The notes under the pieces were generated by a model that did no database searches, was not told the origin of the DNA, and was given only the letters and a program-made list of their open reading frames with translations. This document shows positions 12,756 through 25,601 of a stretch of 44,636 bases of DNA, in pieces (the first letter of the stretch is position 1; every line of letters begins with the position of its first letter). Source of the stretch: Trichoplax sp. H2 (lineage: Eukaryota); the NCBI GenBank assembly GCA_003344405.1, contig NOWV01000121.1:186001-230636 (forward strand), read 5' to 3'. The translations under genes were made by a program, and so were the position numbers.

Positions 12756-14773
12756 GTTCATATTAATTAATAAATAAATTATAAATAGTTAGTAGACTAT
12801 TCCTATGTTTTATTTAATAAATGCTCCTAGGTTATGATAATAATATAGCAGAAGGTTTGTTTAGCATTTGAAAAGATTAACTATATAATTTGTAAACATG
12901 TGTTTTATTCAGGAACTCAAACACTTTAGTATACCAAATGACTAAAGCATGATTACAGTCGAAAAATATTAGCTAAAATATTAATGAAATATTAATATTT
13001 GTTAATAGAAAATAATTAATTTTTAATATAACAAATGAAAATAAAGAAAGTACAAAGTATTAATATAATATTAACACGGAACTAATAAATATTGGTGTTA
13101 TTTTAACATTTTGAATATACGACGCATACACATATAACTTTTTATCATTTTCCGATTTAAAAGCCTAGAATCTAAGCAAGTCACGATTTTAGATCGCAGT
13201 ACGAATCGATGAAGGCCAAGTATTTGTCGTAAATGATTCATTTTTTAAATCTCATGATGTTATCCAACTACGCTGCTATACCACAAACAAAAATGCTATA
13301 TTGAACATCCATCCTTATATCGATACTAGCCAATTCTGCCACATCCGACTGTGCATTATTATTCGTTACTATACTGTACTCCAACTGATACAGCAAGCTA
13401 CTGTAATATACTTAAAGTCTATCATATTATATAACTGCTATTTATCATTATCCAGAGCTGAACAATTGCATTATATCTTATTTGAATCTATTTTAATATT
13501 TCCGTTTTACTAGACTTAAATTATACTGTACAATATACTGTAAGTTCAATATCTAGATCGCTGCTCCTTATAAACTGTATACTGTACGCTCGTATACTAT
13601 ACAGTATGTGCATTAACTAGTTGATGCGCCAGCTAGCATTTCTGAAATGTATCGAGACCACTCCAAAAAAGGAAATGCCCGTATAATACAGTATATCATT
13701 TCACGTATCACAATATATCAAGGGCTATCAGCGCTCTTGACTGATATAAGAAAATTTTTCTACAAATTCCATACTGTAGTGAAAATATTATATATGACTG
13801 AATATTGATAAATATGAGCGTAAATAGCAATTTTTTGAGTCTTAGCTTAAATACAGTTAACCAGTTCTGTTTTATAGTCCCAGCTTGAGGCCTCATGGCT
13901 AACTAAAGCACTTATAAGCGGTACAAATCACACTACCAATTACCAGAAAGTGAGCATACTGCACGAATAATTTTATCAGTATCTAAAGTAGATACGGATC
14001 ATCTCATGCAACATATGTAAGCTTCATGTCCGATTCATTGGTAAATGATGCGATACAATGATGAATAAAAAGAAATTAATAGTGGTGTTCCCTATAATTT
14101 ATTGGTGCTACTAGTTATTCGATAAATCAGTTAATATGGTGTCTTTTCGAAATGAGCTAATAGATCATTTATGATAGATCCTAATCAGCCATTTCATGCA
14201 ATAATATGGTACTATGGATGATACTGTAAATTAGAAAATAACTACTAAGGAAGTATTCGTTATGTTGTAGTGTACGCGTATAGAGAAGTTGAAATCCGTA
14301 TATAAAACAGTTTCTTCAGGTCGACAGTATCTCGACTAGACACTACAATCTAGAGCTACTGCTATTGTTTGTTACCAATGGAAATCCTCAACATTTACTG
14401 TTATGGTTTTTTTATACATATTCACTACACTGTTGTAGTTAGTAGCGTAATATTATAAGCGCGACTGGTTTGCCATATAGTAACGTTGCGTGAATATTTA
14501 AGAGTATAATAGTGATAAGTCTGTACAGTGCTGTACGCATTAGTGTATTACTGATAACGTCGATACGTGATGAAATGTACGTACTGGGAATACGAGAGAA
14601 AATATGCGGTATTTAAGATGTTGAGTTGAAAAATAAAGAGGGAGATTTACACGTGCATTCGAACGAAGTCTTTACTTGTTAACATTTACAATATACGAAT
14701 AGTATTTATTTCACATACTATAGGAATAATAGAATTGATCGTACTTTTAGTGATTGAGTAATCGAGTTACGAG

Positions 14774-15063
14774 CAGGGACTACTCCAAAGAAGAGAGGAA
14801 CTGGACCGGTCGAAAGCAAAAATTTATGAAGGCCGACGTTTTTTGAAGTCATTTTACAGTACGCTATGACCGTAACGGTACACCGTGCTGTGTAAAACCA
14901 ACTTGTCAGCTAATTTGGAGTGCGATCGTGTACAGTACTGTATAGCGTACGATTACCGATGGTCAGTTGACTTAAAATAACCAGCAAAAAGTCGACCTCC
15001 ACGTCGCTACTATAGCCAACGATGGTGTCCTATTCCCCTTTCTCTTCTTTCGAGTAGCACCTG
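14774..15063. mobile_element. MITE / non-autonomous DNA transposon, hAT-like
   Basis: Imperfect TIRs CAGGGACTACTCCAAAGAAGAGA (14774-14796) and TCTCTTCTTTCGAGTAGCACCTG (15041-15063). Internal inverted blocks such as gtacgctat/atagcgtac. Flanking direct repeat TTACGAG at 14767-14773 and 15064-15070 (8-bp GTTACGAG if the terminal G is shared). Confidence 0.72.
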
Positions 15064-16387
15064 TTACGAGTATATAAGTGTTTATTGAAGTACGGCAATC
15101 AATACGAAATACGATATCAGCAGCAAAAGCTCATCATCACATAGAATGATAGCCTTAGTAAATTTATATTATCTTTTCACCTTCAAAAATCAGTCTTTAT
15201 TACCGAAACATTAACATAGATTAAAATTGAAGTAATTGTAAAAATGAGGTTTGTAACAACGTGGTTCCGTTATACTACTAAAATCATATATATATATATA
15301 TATCATAGTTTGATGAAAACAAGTAATTGCGTATAAATATAAACAAACATAATTTGATGTATAAAAATTTAACATAGCGTTGACCATACAGAGAATATAC
15401 AGTAAATGAGATAATAATATATTATAATAATTAGTTAAGTGTTACTTTTCCACGGTATTTAAGGCACTGACTCCGTAATTAAAACAGTGTGTATACTGCT
15501 ATCTGTGGACTTTATACTGGAATATCACTCATAATTTAAATACGGTAACAAGTACTAAAGCTACGAAAAGCTAAAGAGCATGTATACTGTATAGTTTCTT
15601 TTTAAGTTAAATAAATTAATATTTTAGTATGGTATAGTGCACATTTAAAAAATATACTGTGTACACGAAGTGTCTTATACTCTTCCATTACAGTTTATAT
15701 AACAATTATGGTCGTAATTATCCAATGCGGTGAATCAAAATAATTAAAACGATTGCTGCCAGAATAGATGTACTAAAATCCCTATACCATAACTTTTGTA
15801 GCATTTTCATAAGAGATCAACATAGGCTGCGGTTAGAGCTTAAGATTATTGTTAATTAATTATCAATGGATACTTTGCTAGCTATGGTATAAGGTCGAGT
15901 GTGCGTGCGAACTATAACATGAGACAAAGGATACAACCGTTGAAACTATGATACAAATCTACGTTTGAAATCAGTTTAAAATATTTTTAACGAGAGCATC
16001 TTCGTGGTAATGTGGAAAAAACTGTATATAAACCAGATCAATTTATAAAAAATTTAAAAATACATCGAGGATCAATCTCCCATGTTTTGGGCTGATTTTC
16101 TAAAATCACAGAGACTATATTTCAAAATACAGAACATAATGATCTATACAGCATCGCTGTGAAGGTGCATACTACTCTCGGGTGCTGCTCTATAAATGCT
16201 ATGCCCTGATATATAGCAAAGTTTCTTTAATTACACTATATAATAAAATGAGATTATGAAGAACCGCTTAAAAGAGGCATGAGACAATGGACTGAACACA
16301 AAAGATTTTTTAGTAAAGATGAAGTTTCCAAATAAATTTTACAATTAAGTTTGTACTGACAAGGAAGGCACAATCACCATCCAGAAG

Positions 16388-19300
16388 TTAAACAAACGTT
16401 TCTTGATTCTCTTCATTTTCACATTCACTGCAATAACTGATATCTGACACCTTTCCAGAGGATGCATTAATATTCAGCTGAATGCTGATACTTTCGCTGT
16501 CGTCTAAATCTTCACTCTTAAAGGTAGACCCAATGCTCTCCTAAAATACAGTATTAGAATATTTACACAAACTTTAGTAATGAGAATTAAAATTATTAGG
16601 GCTAAGATGAGCTCGGTGCGCATGTAATGTCTATAAAGAGATAAAGACGAACGAAAAAATGATAACATTTAAAACACATGCCATTAAGAGATCGAACATA
16701 CGGGGTTTCACGGTTAATACACATTTATGTAGATATATAACTCAAGGTAAATAATAAATTATTTTCTCTGTGATATACTTCCTGAGAAAGAATGAATTAA
16801 ATATCTATTATCTACATTTCTTGTAACTACTTTCAGGTAGTGATAAGCACAACTGACTGTATACATGTCAAAACTGTTGTTACATCCAGTTAAAGTTCTA
16901 TTAAATCTAAACTGCTTAGGATCGCAAATTGTGAATTAGGTATAATAGAGATACATATTGTTTTTAGCCGTGCAAGCTTGTAATGTTTTAAGCTTCCAAT
17001 TACAAAAAATTAACGATTTCGTCTCATAGCCTAAACGCTTCTGAGTTCATTTAAATACATGACAGATGAATTGTTAAAAATCCTCGCAATTCTTAACCAG
17101 TCTGTACGGTGAGGTATATAAAACTGTATCAATACATGTTATTAGTTTAAGGTAGCACGCTACTCAATAGGACTTATTTAAATGCTCATCAAACAAGAAA
17201 TTATAAAGGTTCGAATTTATAGTTAATTCTTAAGTAAGTTTAGTAGTCGATCATTAAGAGGATTGTAAAGCGCTAAGTTCCAGCAATCTCTATAGTATAG
17301 GTATTCTATTTCACAGGCAACCACTTGCGAATTGAGAATAATTAGCCAGAGCAACTCAGTACTTTTATACATGTTTTCTATTACCTCAGTACCTCACTTC
17401 CTTGGTTGAATTTTTATAAAAAACTACATCTTGTTGAGCAACTTCAGAAATAAAGTACGGTATGATAGTACTAAGCATATCGTTCAAGGCAATTAAATTA
17501 TTTTCTAGATACCGTTTCTTCTTCGCAGTACGATTCTTCCAGCACGAAATCGTCAGTAGGAGAAGCTTCATGAGTCGCTTCTTTAAACTGAACAGGAATT
17601 AAAATTCCGCTAGAGTTGAGCCAATCTGGTAAGCTACGGCTACGAATCAGCTTTGCTCTGATAGGTCTGATAAATAAACTACCATCACGCACTCCTTCGC
17701 GTTGGGGAAGCCATATGTGTGAACAATCTACATTGCCTTGTCGGCAATTATCTGCGATTTAATATTAGAAGAAAATAAATTTAGGATGACTTATGTTGTA
17801 CCAGCGATCAATTGATCCGCATGGCAGGAATATTGCAATGTATGGACAGAACATAAACGTAAATTTACAGAGAGTAGTTAAGCTCAGTTAAGTCCTATTC
17901 TCGATTTACAGTGCGTTCACAAAGTAAAACAATATCGCAATATTGCAAAAATGATAGTTTCTGTTTTCATCGAAAAAGCAAGCGTGTAGCTCAAACATGT
18001 TGTACATCCATCAGCCAAGTTAAGTCAAGTTGTGTGCATGTAGTATACTATGTAAGATATTTATCAATTATTACGGAAAAGACAGAGTGCAATTTATCCT
18101 CTTATATTTTCTTATTTATTGAATACTGATTAGCTAAATCTAAGCTCCGATTCATGTTGTACAATTCTCCTTATTCTATGCACACATGATTACGCTTTTT
18201 ATCTTTACTAGCATATTAGATTATACGGTCGTTCAAAACACAGATGAAACTATATACGTAATAAAGAATATGCACATAATTTCCGTACCTTCCGTAACAT
18301 TATCAACGACGCGAACATTATCGGCGAGCGATCGGAATCTCCTTTCAAAATGTAATATATCTTGTTCCGTATTAAAATTCGATTGATTACTAATGACTAC
18401 CTTATTTTGACTGCTGTCAATGTGCAAACGTCGACGACTATCCCGGTAGACGACATTCTGCATACGATTGCTAATTTCGTTGCCACGAATGTCTGTATTC
18501 GCATCGGCAGTAATCTTTGATTCGAAAGAGTTTCTCCTACGCAAGTACAGAATTGACAATAACATCAAGTATCAACCACTGTACTACATAAAGAGTAATA
18601 TAGAATTGGCATTCACAACTATTTGTCACCCACGAGTTTAACATTTAAATATCAAAAATAGTCAGTAAAAATCCTTTATTGCTAAGTGCTACTTGACATA
18701 CTTCGTAACAACTCTGGACCGCTTTGAAGAGTACTTATAGAAGAGCAAGGAAAGTATCATTAAGATAAGGCAAATCCCAGAAATAACACCTCCAATGATG
18801 TAGAACAGAACTGACTCGCTGACAGTTTTAGAACTTCCCGTCGCTTGATAGGCTAGTTAATGATAATAGCAATATTATACAACAAGTGAATCTTGGTAGA
18901 GAAAAGAAAGCTCAACGAAATTTTGAAAATTTAAATAATGCGTTAAGAACTTACGCTCTGTTACAGACGGGGAATATACAGTAGCTTTGAGGAATTAAAT
19001 AAAGAATCGTTAATACAAGCGCCGATTTAAATCTATATTGATATAATCCCATAAACTGCCTGGCTCTTAAAGTACAATATTGATTCTAGATTAAAATAAT
19101 CAAATATAAACCTTTACGTGTGACTTTTCGAATGTTTTCGGTAAATGGCCCGGCACCTCTTCCAGTGGATGCACTAACCCGGAAAAAGTATTCCGTTGAC
19201 TCCGACAATTTCGTGACGTGAGCACATAAATTGCCATTATATACCGGCAATTTAACGAAATTCATCATTAATTTATCGGTTGAATACAATATAAGATATT

Positions 19301-22300
19301 CGGTAATAACTCCTCCGGAAAAACTGGGCGGTTGCCAACAGACTCTAACTGACGTTGGGCTATCATCAATGATCGTTACATCATCCGGTGATGTAGTAGG
19401 AACTAAAATAAGTATTAAGTCATTTCAAAAATATATCTATATAGCAGAAAAATTATAGCTTCGAAAATTATACCTCCATAATTTGTTTGAAATTCAGCCC
19501 ATGGGCTAAATGCACTAGATATACCGCGCGCAAAGAAACGTACAGATAGCTGATACGTATAGAATGGTAATAAATTGGGTATTGTTAATCTCGTTTCAAA
19601 AGTATTATATCGTCGTAAATCTGACTTGCTGCCGTTGAAATAACGAAGGTATACAACGTAGGTTTCATTTTCTTTCTTATGATCCAAACTACCAAATTCA
19701 TGCCTCCAAGTTGCAACAACAGATTTATTATTAGGATATTCTTCTGCAGAGCTTGCAGATTTAACGGAGACATGAGTAGGCGCTGAAAATACGCCGTTTC
19801 CTACAGCTGTAATATATGTGTATCAGGATAACAAAATACTTTAAAATTGTCTAGCGCAAAAATCAATATTATTATACGTTCCAAATATTTATTATCATAT
19901 CTGATGCATTCTAAACGTACGATTCGTATACAATTGGAAATAAGCCGGTGGTCCGTTGCGGGAAGAACTTTTTGCACATATATCAAAATTGTAGTTTTGA
20001 TCTACCTCTACAAGTAAAAAAGTAAAGATTATTTTAGAGGTTATTTAAGATATTACTTTGATGATAGCATAAAATGAATGATGTCCAATAATATTATTAC
20101 CTAGTTGTGTGATAATAAACTGTGATATCGAACTGTTTAAATGCACTTCCTTTCTTCTGTACGTTTTAGTGGACTCCCACCCTAAAACGTAGCCGGATAT
20201 AGTTACTTCGTACGACAATGGTGGCAACCAACTACAAGTAACATTATTTCCCTGCAGGTATTTGCAATTAAACCGTTGCACGCTTCCAGGTAATCCGCCT
20301 ATACCATAAAAATATCCAAATTTAGCAATTACGAAATCATAGAAAATATGGAGGATTAGTCATGAACCTGTGCCGGTCGAAGGCAGAAAAATTTCTTTCC
20401 ATTTACTCCTGGTCTTCTGGCCGTCACGAAAACGAACCTCAATTTGGATTTGATATTTATAATCGAGTGCTGTAAGGTTAGTTAGAGTGAAAGATTGCAA
20501 CGAAGAGTTGACCTTCACGGAGTTTTTCCTTTTCGCCTTGAAAAGTTTCCAACGTACGTTATAACTCTTTATTAGCGATATATCCGACAACGGTATCCAA
20601 GTAATGACAATAGACTGCAACAATTATTCAAGAATTACAGTAAATATATTGATACGAAAAGTCCAAATAAACAATTACTTTTGACATATTCTAGTAAGTG
20701 TTGAGTTTTTAATATATTTACAAACACATAACATCTAATTAACTTTCTTACCAAATTTACAACTGCTAAGGTAATGTTCGTGACGCCAGGCAGGTTCTGC
20801 ATAACTATAGAAATCAGAATTTAATTCCAATAATTTGTTTAAGTTGTGGAAGTCATAATTTTTACACTTAATTAACTGTTTAGAACCTGCGCGCGATACG
20901 GTAGAAAACGATCCATTGCCATATGCATTCACAGCAGCCATCTGAACACTGACAGTCGCATCATTAGGAAGTTTCGATCTTAAGTACATATTTGCTACGT
21001 TATCGCCATAATCTTTAGGAATTAGGATAGTTTCGTAAACATTTCCTAAATTTCCATTCGACCCATACCATACAATCTTAACGATAAATGATATAATTTT
21101 ATCCGATTCTGATACTGGATCCCATTGAAAAGAGACGTCTGTGTGTGTCAGAAGGGTGATCCTGAGATTTTTAATAATTCCTGGTTTCCCTTCCACAAAA
21201 TAACAACAATAATTTTAATAGCAATCTACAGTAGTTGTATGAATAATGGGCATGTTATTGTTAACTTACGAGGTAAGCTAGCTAAGGTAGTTTCTGAAAA
21301 AGGCCCACAACCGAATAAATTGCACGCAGACAATACAAATTTGTAGTTATTAGGTAGAATCAAATCATTAATTTTCTTCGATAGCTTGACAGCATCTATA
21401 TTAATGCTGTAGTTTATCGATCTTACTAGCAGCCCGCCTGAGTAACACTGGATAATATAATATGAAACAGTTCGCTCATCTGACGGTCTCGTCCAAGTCA
21501 ACGTTATAGATGTTGTAGATGCTTCAACTACGAAATTATACGGCTTGCCTGGTTGTTTATGAAGCACGCTCGTAAAATTTGTAAGAGATTCCCAATCCGA
21601 TAGACTTTTTACCGTCGAGGTTTCTAGAATAAAGTAATTCGGACAAATATCACACAAGCTCTTAACAGTCAACAAGAATGTTTAGGAAGAAATAATGGAA
21701 CTATTTTAGTAGAACGAATATTAATTGCGTACCATTGACCGGTAATACAAATAAAGAAATAGTTTTTTTGATAACTTCAATTTCATTGCTAACAAAGCAT
21801 TGATATATGCCAGTATCAGTAATCCTAAGTTTAATCAAGGTAAGTGTAGCTTTTTCCGCCTTTATCGAATATCTTATATTGCTTCGAAGGACATTGCCAT
21901 TCTTATACCAAGTAATAACAGGTTTAGGAATGCCTACTGCGGCACAAGTTAGTGTGAAATTATCTCCTGATTTCTTTCGTACGTTAACGTTAACGTTCTT
22001 CATGTTTTCGAATTTCAAAGGAGCTACAAATATAATTTATGTCACTATCGAGCTTACAATAAATTAATTAAATTTTGCAAATTTCTTACATTTAACAATG
22101 ATGGAAACTTGGCCCTGCAGGGACTGATGGCCATGCAATATGATACACTCATATGTACCATTATCAGCTTCCTTAGCGTTAATGATGTGTAATGACGTCT
22201 TTCCAATAAAGAATCTTTGGGTATCACTTTTTAGGAATTCATCATCTTTCATCCAGACGACACTCGCATTTCCGTGAGTAGATAAACAGGTGATGTTAAT

Positions 22301-25300
22301 GCTATCTCCTCTGTTTATCATCTGCGAAGATGGCTTTACAAGCCAAGCGAACTTTACGTCTGATAATTTCAATGCTATAAAAGGTAAGTAAATGTTAATT
22401 ACTATGCTATTATTTCTATGATATCAAAGATCACTCTATTTACATTCATCAATATGTAATTTGGCGAAAGTTGACTTAGCATATCCCAGGTAGTTTTGGG
22501 CTATGCAGTGATATTGGCCAACATCACTAGCTCGTAGTTCCGATATTACAAGCTCTCCAGTTTCAGTTATGATCCTTCTAACAGTTTGACTCACTGCGGA
22601 GCCATCCTTATACCATACATACGTTGCTTTCGGATAGGAACGTGCAGTACAGCTAAATTTAACATTAGAGCCCAACGCCGCTTTACTAATATTCTTAGGT
22701 CTTCGTTTAAGAGATGAATCGATATCTATAGCAATCATATCGCATGTAAATTACTATTAAACCCATAATATCTTAAAATGAACTGCAGCTTAGTTTCTTA
22801 ACCAGCCTACATAAAATGCAAAACTTACATGCAACATTCACGGACGCTATGTTGCTCAAAATCGACAGCTCGGTATGGTTGGAAATTATTCTACATTGAT
22901 AAAATCCACTACAAGATTTTTTTACTTGCTTTAAAAGCAGCCCATCATTTTCTATTCTAAAATCACAACTACTATCCAAGTTATGACCGTCTTTATACCA
23001 CAGAATTGAATGTGCATCCGAGTTTGGTTGGCAAAATAATTTTTTAGATAATTTTCGAGCGATGACAATATTTGCAGGCGATTTCTTGAACGACATGGTT
23101 TCTAAAATTATCCTGAACATTAGATAGCTAGAGATACTATATAATACTGCATAACTTGGCACATTGACAGTACCGACTGCTTAAACTATTGTAAATTTTA
23201 CAGCCGCATTTACATACCCTCCGATTGACAAGCAATGTTACCAGAGTGAACCCATTTTCCATTAATACACGTAAGTTTATTACCGCCGCTCAAATAGTAT
23301 CCAGTAAAACACTTGATAAAAACGGAATCGCCATTATTAAAAGTCCCGTAAATGGTAGCGTATTTTAAATCCGGTTTTGAACAGTTTCCTATAACAATCG
23401 TTACACGATTGATTAATGCAGATTACAACCTGTACGCAATACCTTGAGAGATTATCATTTTCCTACCCAAACAAAAATTTTGTGATTTCGACCAAACTCC
23501 GGATGATTTACAAACAGTAGTATTGTATGCCGATGAAGTAAGCTGATCTGGACAACTGAAGTTTGCGTGATCGCCTACATAATAAAACCTGCGTGAAGCT
23601 CTAAGATTCGGTGAAAACCAGTTGGGCCTCTGACATGTAATATCTATTAAAGAAAAATAAAATTTAAAAGTCATTGCAGATTAGTTATCATCAAAGTTTG
23701 CTCCATGCTTACTAGAAGGAGTAAACTGAAACGATGTCTGGGAAACACCATAGCCATTATCCACGAAGCATTGATAGATCGCAGGGAAATACAGCTGGTC
23801 AAATCGAACCTTTACGATATAAGAATTTAAAGAGGTGTTAAGGCTTCATTAGAATAACAATAAAAATCGGTCATTTGACAGTTAGACAATTTATACCATA
23901 TACTAAAAGATATCTAACCGTTATGGTGGATTTATTCATTCCGCTAATTTGCATAGAATGGTCTTTCGTCGCATTGATTAGCTCTCCATTTCTAAACCAT
24001 TTTACAACAGGCCTTGGATTTCCGGCCAAAATCCTACAGGTCAGGTTGTAAGAATGGTTTGCCTTTCCATTTATTAATTTAGGTATAGACGTGTTTATTT
24101 CCGGCCGAACTAAAACATAAACATTGACAGGTTGTCTTACTAAACAACGACATGAGCTAAAAGGCAGCATTAGTAGAGTATTTCAAATTTTCTTACCATG
24201 AACATTAAGACGTGCAAAGTGAGCTAGTGATTGGGTTGTATTTTTGTATGGTTGCGACGCTATACAGTAATAATTTCCACGATCGCTAAGAGTAACGTGG
24301 CTAATACGTAAGTTGTTTCCATGAACAATCGTATACTTAGAAGACTCCCGTATATGAATAGTAGCATGATCTTTCTTCCATTGAATTTTCGGTGTCGGAT
24401 TACCTATTACACTACATTCTATGATAACGGTAGCGTTGATACTTGCATTGACAGCGGAAGGCTTCGATACAAATTCTAAGGCTTGATAACCTGCCAAAAT
24501 ACGAATTAATGCGGTTTGTTATTGTAATATCCTCCAAAATGAAAGACTAATCATGATTATCGATAAGTAACATGTATTATGCATTTATAGCACAGTGACA
24601 TTTCCAATGATACTCTTGTATCATGTCATCATATATGAAGCAGTTGATTGTTTTATGCTAACCAATTTTACTTGTGACTACCAAGTCGGTAGGTAATGAG
24701 TAGGAACGGCCAAGTTTATCGATGGCTCCACATCTATACCTTCCATAATCTGACAGATGTAACGGATAAATTTGAATGCCATGTGGCAAGGTAGCAGTCC
24801 GATTGTTAAAATAATAAACAAATCTATCTTCTATTTCTTTTTCCAACCAAAATTCTAGTAATCGTCCATGTGAAGAAGGATTACAACCAATATATGCAAT
24901 AGAACCTTCTATACCGACTGTAACATTTCTAGGTTGCTGAGTGAAGACGGGGCCGGCATGATCTATAAGTACGTTATCGAGTAATGCATATGACACATAC
25001 ATGATTGTAATCTAAGTAAGTCAAAATTTATTATTGTGTGAAATGCAACGCTTCTAAGATATCATATTTTATCTTATTTTAAAGTAAATCATGCAATAGC
25101 TGAATTATTAAAATAATGAATAACTCCCCATCGGCTATTGCTGAAAGCTAAAGTATAGAATAACTTATAACCGACAGAGCAACATACAACCCTAAAGAAT
25201 GCATTGAACGTAGTCAAGATAGCTGAATTATCAACATGCAATGGTAATAAAGAATCGCACCAAATTTCGCTTACCGACAATACGGACACGAGCAACTCGA

Positions 25301-25601
25301 CTTAAAATTACCATCGGCTCCAAGAGGTTAATACTACGATATGTAAGGCTACATCGATATTCAATCAGACCAGGCTTGGTGAACATCACTGATAGCGTTC
25401 CATTGGGTAATAATGTATGGTGAATATCTGTCGTGGATAATTTTATGTCATTACGAAACCATTGAATACTCGTATTAACATTTTCGATCAGCCCATTAGG
25501 ACAACGTAAGCGTAAATGTTTTCCAGGCACTGTTACGGCATCCTCAGGATAGCGATCACTGATTTCAAGGTAAGGTAACGGCACAGCTAGTTCGGCATAT
25601 A
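16388..25601 (-). CDS. Type I membrane receptor, DCC/neogenin (frazzled/unc-40)-like, architecture Ig4-CCP2-Ig4-FN3x6-TM-cytoplasmic tail (~1790 aa; first/signal exon unresolved)
   Basis: 24 phase-consistent exons. Ig: 25275-25601, 24672-24962, 24197-24490, 23919-24109+23713-23809. CCP: 23467-23643, 23218-23388. Ig: 22829-23101, 22444-22725, 22090-22374, 21733-22023. FN3: 21270-21623, 20866-21189, 20752-20804+20368-20614, 20101-20298+19921-20007, 19474-~19782/19800, 19112-19402. Micro-exon 18955-18984; TM 18702-18852; tail 18289-18536, 17513-17751, 16388-16540 (stop TAA). FN4 (WLPPLSYEVTISGYVLGW) and FN6 (PTTSPDDVTII..WQPP..GVITEYLILYSTDK..YFFRVSA..GAGPF) resemble DCC/neogenin FN3-4 and FN3-6 as recalled. 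Confidence 0.85.
18702..18852 (-). CDS. Transmembrane exon of the Ig-CCP-FN3 receptor (missed by the ORF track)
   Basis: YQATGSSKTVSESVLFYIIGGVISGICLILMILSLLFYKYSSKRSRVVT: ~24 hydrophobic residues followed by basic residues, flanked by AG/GT. Confidence 0.88.
23218..23643 (-). CDS. Two Sushi/CCP-domain exons inside the Ig/FN3 receptor
   Basis: ITCQRP..YYVGDHANFSCPDQ..TVCKSSGVWSKSQNFC (177 nt) and NCSKPD..FNNGDSVFIKCFTGYYLSGGNKLTCINGKWVHSGNIAC (171 nt). Both show the four-Cys + Trp CCP pattern and phase 1-1 junctions. Confidence 0.85.

Noticed and set aside
17386-17450. Possible extra cytoplasmic exon (EVAQQDVVFYKNSTKEV)
   Set aside because: Donor-like sites exist but no convincing in-phase acceptor; 17513->16540 already joins in frame.
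16388-25601. Assignment as Dscam, Robo, sidekick, L1 or receptor PTP/kinase
   Set aside because: Domain counts and order do not fit, there are no alternative exon arrays, and no catalytic domain lies between the TM and the stop. The FN3 motifs fit DCC/neogenin better.
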